The notes: generated by a model not told the origin, from the sequence alone. Shown: positions 27,456 through 38,767, numbered from the stretch's first letter. The stretch: 64,000 bases of DNA from Planctomycetota bacterium (GCA_024275995.1 JAJRYB010000067.1:28417-92416); one strand, 5' to 3'. Translations and numbers: made by a program.

Positions 27456-28733
27456 ATGATCGACATCAAGCTGATTCGCGAAGATCCGGGACGATACAAG
27501 GAAGCTGCCCGTCTCAAAAAATTCCCGGTCGATATCGACGCGCTGCTGGATATCGACGCCAGGCTGTCGCAGGCGCGGCGCGAGCTTCAGGAAGTCAAGA
27601 CCGCCCAGAACCTCGCCGGTAAGGAAATCGCGCGCCTGGATGGCGAGCAGAAGCAGGCAGCCATCGCAAAAATGGCGGCGCTGAAGGTCAAGGGCAAGCA
27701 GGCCGCCGCCGTCGTGGAGGAGCTCGAGCCGAAATTCGCCGAGCTGGTGCTGCTCGTATCCCAGCCACCGGCGCCACAGGTTCCCGTGGGCGCCGACGAG
27801 ACGGAAAACGTCGAACTGCGCCGTGAGGGCGAGCCGCCGAAGTTCGACTTTCCCCCGACCGATCACATCCGGCTGGGTGAAGCGCTGGACATCATCGACG
27901 TAGCCCGCGGCGTGAAACTCGCCGGCAGCAGAAACTTCGTCCTGAAAGGCGCCGGCGCGCAGATGCACCAGGCGATCCTGCGCCTGGCGGTGGATCGGAT
28001 GATCGCAAAGGGATACGAGCTTCTCACCGTTCCGGTGCTGGTGAACGAGGACGTGATGGAGGGCACGGGCTATTTTCCTCTCGGCAGGGACCAGGCGTAT
28101 CTCTGCGAGCGGGACTCCCAGGCGCTGGTCGGTACTGCCGAGGTTCCGCTTACCGCCTACCACTGCGGGGAAATCCTCGACGAGGCGGAACTGCCAAAAA
28201 AATACATCGCCATGAGCACCTGCTTCCGTCGTGAGGCGGGAGCGGCAGGTAAGGACACCTACGGCCTGTACCGCGTGCACTACTTCGACAAGGTCGAACA
28301 GGTGGTGCTCTGCCGGAACGACGATGAGACCTCCCTGTCGCTGCACGAGGAAATCCTGTGCAACGCGGAGGACGTGCTCAAGGCGCTGGGGCTTGCCTAC
28401 CGGGTGGTCAACGTATGCACCGGCGACCTCGGCCAGGGGCAGGTGCAGAAATTCGATATCGAAACGTGGATGCCCTCGCGCGAGAGCTACGGCGAGACTC
28501 ACTCCGCCAGCCGGTTCGACGAGTTCCAGGCGAGGCGCCTCGATATCCGCTATCGCGATTCCGAGGGGCAGGTACGATTCGTTCACACGCTGAACAACAC
28601 CGTAATCGCATCCCCGCGCATTCTGATTCCCCTCCTCGAAATTTACCAGAACGCCGATGGGTCCATTACCGTCCCCCGGGCGCTGCGCCCTTACATGGGC
28701 GGGTTGGAAAAAATCACAGGAGCAGTCCAATGA
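27456..28733 (+). CDS. serS: Seryl-tRNA synthetase
   Basis: [11 protein letters not shown]-terminus, coiled-coil arm, and class II motifs ([18 protein letters not shown]). Confidence 0.92.
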   Translation: MIDIKLIREDPGRYKEAARLKKFPVDIDALLDIDARLSQARRELQEVKTAQNLAGKEIARLDGEQKQAAIAKMAALKVKGKQAAAVVEELEPKFAELVLLVSQPPAPQVPVGADETENVELRREGEPPKFDFPPTDHIRLGEALDIIDVARGVKLAGSRNFVLKGAGAQMHQAILRLAVDRMIAKGYELLTVPVLVNEDVMEGTGYFPLGRDQAYLCERDSQALVGTAEVPLTAYHCGEILDEAELPKKYIAMSTCFRREAGAAGKDTYGLYRVHYFDKVEQVVLCRNDDETSLSLHEEILCNAEDVLKALGLAYRVVNVCTGDLGQGQVQKFDIETWMPSRESYGETHSASRFDEFQARRLDIRYRDSEGQVRFVHTLNNTVIASPRILIPLLEIYQNADGSITVPRALRPYMGGLEKITGAVQ

Positions 28734-29749
28734 TCATCGTAATGAAACCGGGCGCCACGAAGGAACAGGTCCAGCACGTGATCGACCTGGTTCACGATTT
28801 CGGGCTGAAGGACCACCCGATCTACGGCACGGACCGAACGGTAATCGCGTGCATAGGCGATAAGCGCACGGTGGATAAGGGCGCCATCGAGAACGCGCCG
28901 ATGGTTGATCGGATAGTCCCGATCCTCGCGCCGTACAAGATGGCCTCGACGGAGGTGAAGCGCACGCGGACGCAGATAGAGATCGGACCGGAAAGATTCC
29001 CCATCGGGGGAAAGCGCATCGGCGTGATCGCCGGTCCTTGCGCGGTGGAGAGCAGGGACCAGATTCTCCGCATCGCCGAAGCTGTCCGGGCGGCAGGGTG
29101 CGTCGGACTGAGAGGCGGGGCGTACAAGCCGCGAACCAGCCCGTACAGTTTCCAGGGAATGCGCGAGGAAGGGCTGGAGATTCTCGCCGAGGCGCGAGAG
29201 GCGAGCGGGCTTGCGATTGTCACGGAAGTTATCAGCGTTCAGACCGTGGACGTGGTAGCCCAGTTCGCCGACGTGCTTCAGGTCGGCGCGCGCAACATGC
29301 AGCATTACCCGCTGCTGGAGGCGGTCGGCAAGACGAACAAGCCCGTGCTGCTCAAGCGCGGAATATCCAGCCGGATCGAGGAGTGGCTGCTGGCGGCTGA
29401 ATATATCATCAACGCCGGGAATCCGCACGTGATCCTCTGTGAGCGCGGAATCCGCACGTTCGAGGATTACGTTCGGAATACCCTTCCGCTATCGAGCGTC
29501 CCGGAGTTGAACGACAAGACGCACCTTCCGGTGCTCGTGGACCCCTCCCACGGGACCGGGCACGCATTCATGGTGCCCGCGATGAGCCGGGCCGCCGTCG
29601 CCGCCGGTGCGGACGGGCTGCTCGTCGAGTGCCACAACGATCCCGAACACGCGACCTCCGACGGGGCGCAGTCCATCACGCCCAAGACACTGGCGGAGCT
29701 TCTACCGGTGCTGAGGCGAATCGCGCAGGCGATAGGAAGGGATCTCTGA
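28730..29749 (+). CDS. aroF: 3-deoxy-7-phosphoheptulonate (DAHP) synthase, type I-beta with N-terminal regulatory domain
   Basis: GPCAVES...[11 protein letters not shown]...LVDPSH motifs of the KDO8PS/DAHPS I-beta family. Start ATG overlaps the serS stop (ATGA). Confidence 0.85.
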   Translation: MIIVMKPGATKEQVQHVIDLVHDFGLKDHPIYGTDRTVIACIGDKRTVDKGAIENAPMVDRIVPILAPYKMASTEVKRTRTQIEIGPERFPIGGKRIGVIAGPCAVESRDQILRIAEAVRAAGCVGLRGGAYKPRTSPYSFQGMREEGLEILAEAREASGLAIVTEVISVQTVDVVAQFADVLQVGARNMQHYPLLEAVGKTNKPVLLKRGISSRIEEWLLAAEYIINAGNPHVILCERGIRTFEDYVRNTLPLSSVPELNDKTHLPVLVDPSHGTGHAFMVPAMSRAAVAAGADGLLVECHNDPEHATSDGAQSITPKTLAELLPVLRRIAQAIGRDL

Positions 29750-29789
29750 TCGACATTCACCGGCCGGCTGTCTACAATCCGCAATCGTA

Positions 29790-32300
29790 ATGGGGCCATC
29801 GTCGCCGAATGAGCTTGGTCGTCCCCGCCTGCGTCGCGCGCCGCTGGTGCCGGTCGCGGCTGCGATGATCGCCGGTATCCTCGCCGGGCGATATCTCCCG
29901 CTTCCGCTGGCGATGTGGTGCGTTACGGGCGTGGCGGCTATCGCCGTCGCCGTCGCAACCTTCCCACGCAGGCACCTGGCGGAAATCTCGAAAACGGCGA
30001 TCGGCGTGGCGGTTCTCTGCGCCGGTGCGGCGAACCTGCGGCTGGCGTATTTCCACATACCCGACGACCATATCGTCACCTGCACGAGACGGGCGCCTTC
30101 GCTGGCGACCGTTCGCGGACGGATCGTCAGCTCACCACAGACGGCCCGGCCCGTCAGCGCGAACCTCGGCGGTTACAGCCCGGGCCCGAGAACGAATTTC
30201 ATTCTCCGCGCGGAGAGCATCCGGACGAAAGACGGGTATCGCCGGACAAGCGGGCTGCTGTCGGTAATGGTGAAGGAGCCCCGTCGGAACCTCCTCGCCG
30301 GGCAACAGGTGGAGCTTGTCGGATGGCTTTCCCGGTTCCGACCGCCGCGCAACCCCGGCGAACTTGACCTCCGCGAACTCAAACGCCGCAAGGGGATTCT
30401 CGCACGCATGACGCTCGAAAGTCGCGACGCGGTGATCGTTACGCAGGTCGGCGAGAAGCCGTGGTACACGCGAATGTACTGGAATATCCGCGCTGCCGCC
30501 GGCCAGCACTTGACGAGCGAAGATAGCGGCGAAGGACGCCTCGTAAGCGCGCTGGTCCTCGGAAAGAGGCATCCGACGCTGAAAAAACTCTCCGGGATCA
30601 TGGTGCGGGCCGGAATCGCCCACATGCTGAGCATCTCGGGCCTGCACCTGGGAATCTTTCTCGGGTTCGTGTTCCTGCTCTGCCGGATCGTCGCGATGTC
30701 TTCCAGGCGCTCGGCGACGGTGGTCCTGGTGGTCCTGATAGCATACGTCCTGCTGGCCGAGGCCCGCGCTCCGCTGTTGCGGTCCGCGGTGATGGCGGCG
30801 GCATTGTGCCTGGGAATGATCTTCGGACGAAGACAAATGGCGCTCAATTCGCTCGCCGTCGCGGCGATCGTCCTGCTGGCGGTTGACCCGCTCCAGATTT
30901 TCTCGGCTGGGTTCCAACTCAGTTTCACCATCGTCGCGGGCATTATCCTGTTCCTGCATCCCGCGCGACGGTTGTTGTTTGGCCGGTGGCTGCGGCGACG
31001 TGGACTTATGGTGTTCCGCAGGGAAGACCGCCTTCGACGCTGGGTCCAGTTCGTCGTCGCGGACCGTCTTACTTACGCCGTCGCCATGTGTCTTGTAGCG
31101 TATCTCTCGGCGGCGCCGCTGGTGGCGTATCATTTCGGACTTTTCAATCCGTACGCCCCGCTGCTGAGCCTGCTGCTCCTGCCGTTTCTCGTCGCCATTC
31201 TCGTACCGGGGTACATATCCCTGGCGCTGGTTTGGCCGATGCCGAATCTCGCCTGGCAATTCAGCCGTGCCGCCGAATCCGCCGCCGGCGCGATGCGGCG
31301 GGTCGTCGAGGGCATCGATAAACTTCCCGCACTGAGCGTCTCGCTGCGTCCGCTCGATTGGTGGTGGGTCTGGATGTGCTACGCCGCCTTGCTGCTTGTG
31401 GCGTATTACAGGCGGATTCCCTTCGGCAGGATACCGGCGGCGTGTGCGCTGGCGATTGTCGCGGCGACGGCGGTCGTTTCGCAACTGCCCGCGCCGCGAC
31501 CGGATGCGGCGGAGTTGAACATGCTGGCCGTGGGCGACGGGCAGTGCGTCCTTCTGCGGACGCCGAGCGGACAGACGTATCTCATCGACGCGGGGACCAT
31601 CAGCGGGTTCGACGTCTACGAGTACGCACTCGCACCGTTCGTGCGACGGGAGCGGCTGCCAAGCCCACGCGCGGCGTTCATCTCACACGCGAACACGGAC
31701 CACTACGGTGCAATTGCACCTGCGATGCGCGATGGGTGGGCGAAAAAAGTGTACCTGAACGATTATTTCGGGCGGGAGGAATACTCCGCGCCGGGCGTGA
31801 TAACCATGATGGATCTGTTCCGCAAAACGGCGAGGCAACGCGTTCGCCTGCGCGCTGGGGACGTAGTCCGCCTGGACGAGCGAACGAGCGTATCGGTCCT
31901 CTGGCCGCCGGTTCATCGCCGCGACGGGCTGAGCATAAACAATACTTCGCTTGTCCTGCGCATTACATGCGACGGAAAGAGCGTTCTGCTGCCGGGCGAC
32001 CTGGACGCCGATGGGCAGGCGGTACTCGCGAAAATGCCGGAGCGGATCACTTCGGACGTGCTCGTTCTACCGCACCACGGCGGGTGGGAAAATCAATTGC
32101 CCGCTTTCTTCGACGCAGTATCGCCCAGGATCGTCCTCGTCAGCACCAGCCATGACCCGAAAGGCCCAGCAACTTCCCCCGCCGCGGCGAGGTTCTATAA
32201 TCGCATCCGGACGAACCATCGGTATTATTCGACCGCGAGGAACGGCTGGATCCGCGTGCGATTCGGCGCCTCCGGGATCGACGTGAAGACAATGCGTTGA
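29790..32300 (+). CDS. comEC: DNA internalisation competence protein ComEC/Rec2
   Basis: N-terminal DUF4131-like TM region, competence domain, and C-terminal MBL domain (HANTDHYG...LPHHGG). Confidence 0.88.
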   Translation: MGPSSPNELGRPRLRRAPLVPVAAAMIAGILAGRYLPLPLAMWCVTGVAAIAVAVATFPRRHLAEISKTAIGVAVLCAGAANLRLAYFHIPDDHIVTCTRRAPSLATVRGRIVSSPQTARPVSANLGGYSPGPRTNFILRAESIRTKDGYRRTSGLLSVMVKEPRRNLLAGQQVELVGWLSRFRPPRNPGELDLRELKRRKGILARMTLESRDAVIVTQVGEKPWYTRMYWNIRAAAGQHLTSEDSGEGRLVSALVLGKRHPTLKKLSGIMVRAGIAHMLSISGLHLGIFLGFVFLLCRIVAMSSRRSATVVLVVLIAYVLLAEARAPLLRSAVMAAALCLGMIFGRRQMALNSLAVAAIVLLAVDPLQIFSAGFQLSFTIVAGIILFLHPARRLLFGRWLRRRGLMVFRREDRLRRWVQFVVADRLTYAVAMCLVAYLSAAPLVAYHFGLFNPYAPLLSLLLLPFLVAILVPGYISLALVWPMPNLAWQFSRAAESAAGAMRRVVEGIDKLPALSVSLRPLDWWWVWMCYAALLLVAYYRRIPFGRIPAACALAIVAATAVVSQLPAPRPDAAELNMLAVGDGQCVLLRTPSGQTYLIDAGTISGFDVYEYALAPFVRRERLPSPRAAFISHANTDHYGAIAPAMRDGWAKKVYLNDYFGREEYSAPGVITMMDLFRKTARQRVRLRAGDVVRLDERTSVSVLWPPVHRRDGLSINNTSLVLRITCDGKSVLLPGDLDADGQAVLAKMPERITSDVLVLPHHGGWENQLPAFFDAVSPRIVLVSTSHDPKGPATSPAAARFYNRIRTNHRYYSTARNGWIRVRFGASGIDVKTMR

Positions 32301-32387
32301 AATACGATCGGCGCATGTTGGAAATACGCCGGGCGATAGGATAACTTCTTCGCGCAGGAAACCAATTTCAGGAGTGAGAAAAAACCC

Positions 32388-33062
32388 TTGGAATACATTG
32401 TAATCAGTATCGGAACGTTGTCCTTCAACCGCCTCTGGGGCGAGGCGGCGCCTATGCGGACGGCGCACGCGACCACCACCCTCGTCATCGACGGGGATCG
32501 GCGGATACTTATCGACCCGTCCCTTCCGGCGGTGGCGCTGGCGGCGAGATTGAACGAAAGAACCGGACTTGCGCCGTCCGACGTAACGGACATCTTTTGC
32601 ACGACGCTGAGGCCGGTCCATAGGCGCAGCGTCGAAGCGTTTGAAAAAGCGAATTGGTGGACCTCGCAGATCGAGCTGGAAAGTTACAGCCGGAATATCG
32701 AGAACCTGCTCGACAGCGCCGATCGTCTCAGCCCGGAAGACGCCTCGCTGCTTCGAAGCGAACAGAAACTGATCGGGCGGTTCTCTCCCGCGCCGGACAG
32801 TTTCTCCAAGGGGATCAGCCTGTATCCGCTGGCCGGCCCGTCGGAAGGTTCCGCCGGACTGCTTCTGACGCCCACGACGGCGACGATCATCATCGCGGGT
32901 GACGCCGCCATTACGCGCGATCATATTCAGCGCGGACAGGTCTGGCAGGGATGCTCCGACACGCAGGAGGCGCTGGAATCGCTGAGCGACCTGCTGGAGA
33001 TCGCGGACGTTATAATTCCAGGCCACGACAACCTGCTGCTCTCGCCGCAGCGTTTTCTTTAG
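32388..33062 (+). CDS. Degenerate MBL-fold protein (lacks HxHxDH)
   Basis: Beta-strand order LVIDGDRRILIDP .. TTLRPVH .. IIIAGDAAI .. VIIPGHDN mimics the MBL fold, but the metal ligands are replaced. TTG start. Confidence 0.4.
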   Translation: MEYIVISIGTLSFNRLWGEAAPMRTAHATTTLVIDGDRRILIDPSLPAVALAARLNERTGLAPSDVTDIFCTTLRPVHRRSVEAFEKANWWTSQIELESYSRNIENLLDSADRLSPEDASLLRSEQKLIGRFSPAPDSFSKGISLYPLAGPSEGSAGLLLTPTTATIIIAGDAAITRDHIQRGQVWQGCSDTQEALESLSDLLEIADVIIPGHDNLLLSPQRFL

Positions 33063-33180
33063 GGTATAATACACTTTGCCTTTCCATGTCCGAGGAAGAT
33101 GAACAACCCGACGAGTCCGGACCGGCATTCATAGCCGGGCATGGACCGGTTGAGAAAATCGTTACCACGAGGGGCGGAAG

Positions 33181-34452
33181 ATGATCTGGGGCGACTTCCT
33201 TGCTGCAAATCTCTGGCAGTTCGCTCTCCTGGCGTGCCTGCTCACCGGTTCGGGGTTCTTCAGCGGGACCGAGACCGCCCTGTTCAACCTGTCCAGGGGG
33301 CAGGTTAACAGACTTCGCAACGACAGCAGGACGGGGCGACTGGTGGGCTTTCTTCTGTCACGTCCGCAGCGGCTGCTCAACACGCTGCTGCTGGGTAACA
33401 TGCTCGTCAACATCGCGTACGCAGCCGTCACCGCGGTGATGCTCATGAACCTGAAATCCTTCGGCGCTTCGGCGCTTACGGTGGCGATCGCCTCGCCGCT
33501 GCCGCTGGGGGCGCTGATACTCCTGGGCGAGGTTACTCCCAAGACGCTGGCCTACACCATCCAGGAACGCTGGGCGATCCTGGCAGCCTGGCCCGTTCAC
33601 GTGATCATGCGGTCCCTTGGCCCGGTCCTCTGGACGATGGAAACGCTCCTGGTGCGCCCGTTGACGCGAATCTTCGCGCCGCGCCACGTTCCCGACCGCA
33701 TCACCGGCGAGGAGCTGGGCGCGGTCCTGACGCTTTCGACCAGACGGGGCGTTCTGGACCACGACGCCAACGCGCTGCTCCAGGAGATCGTCGAGCTGAC
33801 CGATCTGCGCGTTCGACAGATCATGGTCCCCCGCGTGGACCTTATCTCATGGAACGTCGATCGCCCGCGGGAAGAGCTTGTCGAGCTTTTCCGCAAGACG
33901 CGCCTGCGGAAGATCCCCGTCTGGGAGGGGAGCGCAGATAACATGCTGGGCGTGGTTCACGCCAAGCGTCTGCTGCTCGATCCCCAGGCCCGGCCGCGGG
34001 ATATCATCGCGAGCGTTCCGTTCGTACCGGAAGCGGCGAATATCGAGCGCGTGCTGCTGCAATTCCGCACGGGACGCACGCAGATGGCTATCGTCGTCGA
34101 TGAATACGGCGGCACCGCCGGGCTGGTGACGCTGGAGGACGTCCTGGAGGAAATCGTGGGCGACATACCGGACCCGGACGAGAAGCGGAGGGAACCCCCC
34201 GTCGAAAAGCTTGGAGACAACACGTATCTGCTGGACGGAAACCTTCCGATCCACGAATGGGTGGACGCCTTCAAGATTCACCTGTCGAGCAGGCGTATCA
34301 GTACGATAGGCGGCTTCCTGACCTCCCGCATGGACAGAATCTGCCGCGAGGGCGACCAGGTGCTCTACCGCAACCTGCGATTCCGCGTGGTGAGTATGCG
34401 CGGGCGACGAATAGGAAAGGTACGCCTGGAACTGCTGGAGAGTGCACCGTGA
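33181..34452 (+). CDS. DUF21-CBS-CorC/HlyC family (TlyC-like) membrane protein
   Basis: N-terminal DUF21 with GTETALF, a tandem CBS pair, and a CorC_HlyC C-terminus. Confidence 0.85.
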   Translation: MIWGDFLAANLWQFALLACLLTGSGFFSGTETALFNLSRGQVNRLRNDSRTGRLVGFLLSRPQRLLNTLLLGNMLVNIAYAAVTAVMLMNLKSFGASALTVAIASPLPLGALILLGEVTPKTLAYTIQERWAILAAWPVHVIMRSLGPVLWTMETLLVRPLTRIFAPRHVPDRITGEELGAVLTLSTRRGVLDHDANALLQEIVELTDLRVRQIMVPRVDLISWNVDRPREELVELFRKTRLRKIPVWEGSADNMLGVVHAKRLLLDPQARPRDIIASVPFVPEAANIERVLLQFRTGRTQMAIVVDEYGGTAGLVTLEDVLEEIVGDIPDPDEKRREPPVEKLGDNTYLLDGNLPIHEWVDAFKIHLSSRRISTIGGFLTSRMDRICREGDQVLYRNLRFRVVSMRGRRIGKVRLELLESAP

Positions 34453-35447
34453 CGGTCCTGGCGGCAATAACGACGGCGTGGCTGGCGTGGATAATCGTGC
34501 TCGTGGTGAGCAGCGCGCTGGACGGCATGTACTCCGGCATGGAGTCCGGTATTTACGTCATCAACAAGATTCGCCTGGACCTGCACGCATCTGAGGGTTC
34601 CAAACCGGCGAAATTGCTGCAAAAGCTGCTGCGCAGGCCCGACAACCTGCTTGCAGTGCTGCTTATCGGAACCAATATCACGCGATACCTCGCCACGTTC
34701 AGCATAAGCGCGATGTTCGTCATGGCAGGATATTCCGACGGCGTGGAGTGGTACACGCTCGCCGTGGCGACCCCGATCCTCTTCGTTATCAACGACGCCG
34801 TGCCGAAGGGCGTTTACCAGCGATTGAGAGAGCGAATCGTCTATCGCCTGGCGTGGTTTCTTCGGGTCTCGGACATCGTGTTCCGATGGACGGGTATCTC
34901 GCCGCTGGTTTGCGGGATATCCGCCGCCATGACGCGCCTGCTCAACCCGTCCGGCGGCCGCAAGACTTACCATCGCCAGGGGATTTCCGCGGTCCTCGCC
35001 GAGGGGCAGGCCAGCGGCGCCCTGACGCATTTCCAATCGGTGATGGCCGACAGGGTCATCAACATCCGCGACGTGAAACTCGCGAACGTAATGATTCCGA
35101 TGGCGAGCGTGGTTAGCGCGCCTCTCGGCGCCGGCAGGGAAGAAATTCTCGCCGTCATCCGCAGCCACAATTACTCCCGCCTGCCGCTGCTGGACGACAG
35201 CAGGCGGGTCGCGGGCGTCCTGAACGTCTACGACGTGCTGGCGGATCGGAACCTCACCTCTCCAGCAGAGGTCGCCGACGAGCCGATGGTCCTCCCTGCC
35301 TCGGCAAATATAACCGACGCGCTGTACCGCATGAGGCGGCGGCACAAGGCGCTGGCGGTCGTGGAGGACGAGGGCGGAACGCACGTCGGAATAGTGACGA
35401 TAAAAGACCTCGTCGAGGAGATCGTCGGGGACCTGGCCGAGTGGTAG
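34449..35447 (+). CDS. Second DUF21-CBS domain membrane protein
   Basis: GMESGIY (GxExA/S-like) DUF21 motif, then a CBS pair. GTG start overlapping the upstream stop (GTGA). Confidence 0.7.
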   Translation: MTVLAAITTAWLAWIIVLVVSSALDGMYSGMESGIYVINKIRLDLHASEGSKPAKLLQKLLRRPDNLLAVLLIGTNITRYLATFSISAMFVMAGYSDGVEWYTLAVATPILFVINDAVPKGVYQRLRERIVYRLAWFLRVSDIVFRWTGISPLVCGISAAMTRLLNPSGGRKTYHRQGISAVLAEGQASGALTHFQSVMADRVINIRDVKLANVMIPMASVVSAPLGAGREEILAVIRSHNYSRLPLLDDSRRVAGVLNVYDVLADRNLTSPAEVADEPMVLPASANITDALYRMRRRHKALAVVEDEGGTHVGIVTIKDLVEEIVGDLAEW

Positions 35448-36947
35448 CTACCGGCCTGCGCCGTCGCGGCGGTCCAGTTCGTCCACGAGCAACCGGCAGA
35501 TCGCGTCCTGGAGTTGCTTGGCCTTCCACGCGGCGCCGCTCCTGAGACCGTTGACGAGGACGGCGAAGCTCATCGCAACGCGCCCGCGGGAGTCCAGCAC
35601 GTACCCGCCGAGGCAGGAGACGCCGGAAATGTACCCCGTTTTGCCCAGCACTCTCCGGCGATACGCCTCTTTCCGCAGGCGCCGCCTCATCGTTCCGTCC
35701 GTTCCGCTTACCGGAAGGCTTTGCAGGAAAACGCTCGCATCGCGGCGTTTTGCGACTCCGGCGAGCACGCGCGTCAGGCCGGAGGGCGTAATCCGGTTCC
35801 TGCGCGAAAGGCCTCCACCATCGCGAACAACGAACGCTTTCGCGTCCAGGCCGTACTTTTCGATGAGCGCCCTGCTCATCGCCGCCGCCGAACCGTCCCA
35901 GCTACCGTCCCCCGCCCGAAGGAAAATTCCCTCCGCGATCATGTTCTGGCTTCTCTTGTTCGCGCGTTTCAGTACGATGGAAAGGTCCGTGATGGTTTCG
36001 GCGAGTTTTTTTTCGTCCGATATCGCCGTCGTCGGTATTACGCCGGCGCGGACGGACCCGGTGAACCTCACGCCCGAGCGCGCCATGCGATCGGCCAGCA
36101 CACGTCCCAGTAGAAGCGGCGGATCGTTAACGGCTACGTAAAGCCCGTCGCGAGTGGACGTCGTAACGGTTCCCCTGAGCGTAACGAGAGACTCGTCCGC
36201 ACTGCTGCGGAGCGACCAGACGTGCCTCCGGCCGGGCTTCACGCGATTAACGACGCGAATGAAACTGCTTGATGGAACGACGTGCGCCTCGACGGCCTTG
36301 CCTTTCACGGTGAACGTAGCCGAGAAGCAATTGTTATAAAAGTTCAGCGGCGCGATCGGCGCGGCGTACCACCTGGCGTGCTGTGCGGTGGGCCAGTCCG
36401 GGTGCCGATACCCTCGACGATCCGAACCGGCGACGATTATGTCTCCCTTGAACGTATTTCCGACGGCGTTCTTAATCGCCTTCGCCCATGCGTCCGGCTC
36501 GCGGTAGATGCTCGTCCCAGCCGCTTTGGCGAGGCGCGGATCGCCCAGCGTCGGATCGTAGGAGCCTTTCACGTACAGCATTCCGCGATGCAGGTAGACA
36601 GCCGTCGAAAAACGAAAGTTCCCACCCAGCCTCGCCAGGGCGAACGCCCCCGTCAGGAGCTTCTGGCAGCTAGCCGGGATGAATTGCCTGTCGGGGCGAA
36701 TGGAGAGGAGCGACTTGCCCGATCGCAGATCGAGTACGGACAGTCCGACCAGTGCGCCCGTGGCCTTTTCGTACGATCCGGCAAGAACCGCGATCCGCCG
36801 ATCGAGCGAAGGAGCCTCTGCGGGCGCCGGCGAGACCGGGACGGGTTGCGAAGCGGCACTGGCGCCGCTCAGAAAAATCGCTGCGACCAGCGACGCGCAC
36901 GCGCCTGCCGATAAGGACTTTTTCACACTGCGGACATCGTCTGGCAT
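35448..36947 (-). CDS. dacB: D-alanyl-D-alanine carboxypeptidase/endopeptidase (PBP4, peptidase S13)
   Basis: SCQKLL (SxxK), signal peptide, and an S13-type order. Start trimmed to MPDDVRSVKK (ATG at 36947). Confidence 0.8.
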   Translation of the reverse strand: MPDDVRSVKKSLSAGACASLVAAIFLSGASAASQPVPVSPAPAEAPSLDRRIAVLAGSYEKATGALVGLSVLDLRSGKSLLSIRPDRQFIPASCQKLLTGAFALARLGGNFRFSTAVYLHRGMLYVKGSYDPTLGDPRLAKAAGTSIYREPDAWAKAIKNAVGNTFKGDIIVAGSDRRGYRHPDWPTAQHARWYAAPIAPLNFYNNCFSATFTVKGKAVEAHVVPSSSFIRVVNRVKPGRRHVWSLRSSADESLVTLRGTVTTSTRDGLYVAVNDPPLLLGRVLADRMARSGVRFTGSVRAGVIPTTAISDEKKLAETITDLSIVLKRANKRSQNMIAEGIFLRAGDGSWDGSAAAMSRALIEKYGLDAKAFVVRDGGGLSRRNRITPSGLTRVLAGVAKRRDASVFLQSLPVSGTDGTMRRRLRKEAYRRRVLGKTGYISGVSCLGGYVLDSRGRVAMSFAVLVNGLRSGAAWKAKQLQDAICRLLVDELDRRDGAGR

Positions 36948-37040
36948 TTTTCCGATAGCACCTGAAAGAATCCGTCGTTTATCTTCAACCTTACCGGCGA
37001 TCAACAATACCGCGGGTTCTTTCAGGCGCCATGAAAAATC

Positions 37041-38135
37041 TCAATCGCCGAAGCTTGTTCCGATGGACCTCGCAGCCCTCACCAGCGGATCGTCAAGCGG
37101 AACGGTTCGAACCTTGTCCGCCACGTCCGCAATTTCCGTGGACGTTACTTCGCCCTGTTTCTGGACGACCATTCGCCCGAAGCGTTTTTCCATCATAAGC
37201 TCGAAGGCGTGGTATCCGAATTTCGTGGAAAGGATGCGATCGTACGGCGTGGGCGTTCCGCCGCGCTGCACGTGACCAAGGACCACCGACCGGCAGTCCA
37301 GCTCCGTTCGCTTTTCGATTTCTTTCGCAACGAACTTGCCGACACCACCCAGGCGCAAGGGGTCTGGAGAGTCTTTGATGACCTCGTCGACGAACATCTC
37401 CCCACCGATGGGTTTCGCGCCTTCGCCGACGGCTACGATCGTGAAACCCTTTCCATATCTCCGACGGTCCATGCAGTACGTCGCCACCTTGTCCAGGTCG
37501 AACGGGATTTCCGGGATCAGGATCAGGTCCGCGCCTGCGGCGACGCCCGAGTGCAGCGCCAACCACCCGGCGTAGCGCCCCATCAGCTCGACGACGATCA
37601 CGCGATGATGGCTGGACGCGGTCGTGTGGACCTTGTCCAGCGCGTCGGCGGCGGTGGCGACGGCTGTATAGTGCCCGAACGTGATATCCGTACCGCAGAG
37701 ATCGTTATCGATTGTCTTCGGCACGCCGATAATATTAATCCCGCGCTCGACAAGCTTTGCGGCGCCGCTCATCGTTCCGTCACCACCGATAACGATAATC
37801 GCGTCCAGGCCCGCCTTCTTGACGTTGTTGACCACCATGTCGCGGACGTCGCGATTCTCCCATCCGCCTTTTCCGTCCGGAACGCTGTAACTGGCGGGAT
37901 TGGCCTTGTTGCACGAACCGAGAATCGTGCCGCCCCGGGTAAGAATGTTGCTGACGCTTTTTCGATCGAGAAGGTGGTAACGGTTCTCGATCAGGCCGAG
38001 GTATCCGTCCTCGATACCGATAACTTCCAGGCCGCCGCCCATCGCGGACTTCGCAACCGCACGGATTACCGCGTTAAGCCCCGGGCAATCTCCTCCACCG
38101 GTGAGTACGCCGATTCGTCGCAAGTCACTGGCCAT
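37041..38135 (-). CDS. pfkA: 6-phosphofructokinase
   Basis: IGVLTGGGDCPGLNAVIRAV and IGGDGTMSGA motifs. The GGDG pattern is consistent with the ATP-dependent type. Confidence 0.88.
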   Translation of the reverse strand: MASDLRRIGVLTGGGDCPGLNAVIRAVAKSAMGGGLEVIGIEDGYLGLIENRYHLLDRKSVSNILTRGGTILGSCNKANPASYSVPDGKGGWENRDVRDMVVNNVKKAGLDAIIVIGGDGTMSGAAKLVERGINIIGVPKTIDNDLCGTDITFGHYTAVATAADALDKVHTTASSHHRVIVVELMGRYAGWLALHSGVAAGADLILIPEIPFDLDKVATYCMDRRRYGKGFTIVAVGEGAKPIGGEMFVDEVIKDSPDPLRLGGVGKFVAKEIEKRTELDCRSVVLGHVQRGGTPTPYDRILSTKFGYHAFELMMEKRFGRMVVQKQGEVTSTEIADVADKVRTVPLDDPLVRAARSIGTSFGD

Positions 38136-38252
38136 GCTGTTTCGTTTCCTTCCGTCTCGCCTATTTATCTACGGATCTTCGCTTTGTGCGTCGATTACTG
38201 TATCTTGCGGCCCGAATGCCCTCATGGATTAAGAAACTATTCTCACACTCAC

Positions 38253-38340
38253 CGCAGAGAACGCAAAGAGCGCAGAGAGAGAATGTTTTTCAAAAGCCAA
38301 ATTTTGTTACTTCTCTGCGTCCTCAGCGGCCTCTGCGTTG
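38253..38340. repeat. Family-1 CAGAG-rich imperfect palindrome (copy B) in the pfkA/PilZ divergent promoter region
   Basis: Arm CGCAGAGAACGCAAAGAGCGCAGAGAGAGA (38253..38282). AT-rich loop. Inverted arm TTCTCTGCGTCCTCAGCGGCCTCTGCGTTG (38311..38340). Related arm at 6845..6876. Confidence 0.6.
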
Positions 38341-38452
38341 AAGGCTGTTTTGAGATGGTTTCTGCCGTGAGAGGGTGCTAGAATCCGATCCGCGGGCAGG
38401 CTTGCGGCGAAACACATCTCAGTCCGCTCGCGGGAAAGGTCAGGCCAACACC

Positions 38453-38767
38453 ATGCCGGCACCTGAAAAAAGGACACATCCCCGTTACCCCCTGGCGACG
38501 AGCGTTCAGTTTTATCACGGCCCGAGCCAGCGGGACTTTCCAGGCCGCTGCGCGGACATTTCGCACGGTGGAATGCTGATGTACGTCCCATCGACGGTCC
38601 CGGTCCAGCCCGGCCAGCCCATCCGCCTGTCGGTCGGAAGCGTAAGTCGTCCCGAGTTCGCCATGTTCAGCGAAAAACCAGTCGATGCGACGATAGTCCG
38701 CGTCGATCGCGGTACGTTCATCTCGGAAGGTAACATCGCCGTCGGCGTGCGCTTCGCAGTCGTGTGA
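38453..38767 (+). CDS. PilZ domain protein (c-di-GMP receptor-like)
   Basis: KRTHPRYPL (RxxxR) and DISHGGM (DxSxGG) motifs. Start trimmed to the ATG at 38453. Confidence 0.7.
   Translation: MPAPEKRTHPRYPLATSVQFYHGPSQRDFPGRCADISHGGMLMYVPSTVPVQPGQPIRLSVGSVSRPEFAMFSEKPVDATIVRVDRGTFISEGNIAVGVRFAVV

Noticed and set aside
28358-29749. 463-aa ORF for DAHP synthase
   Set aside because: Its N-terminal ~120 codons overlap serS in another frame. The start was set to MIIVMKPG at 28730 (ATGA coupling).
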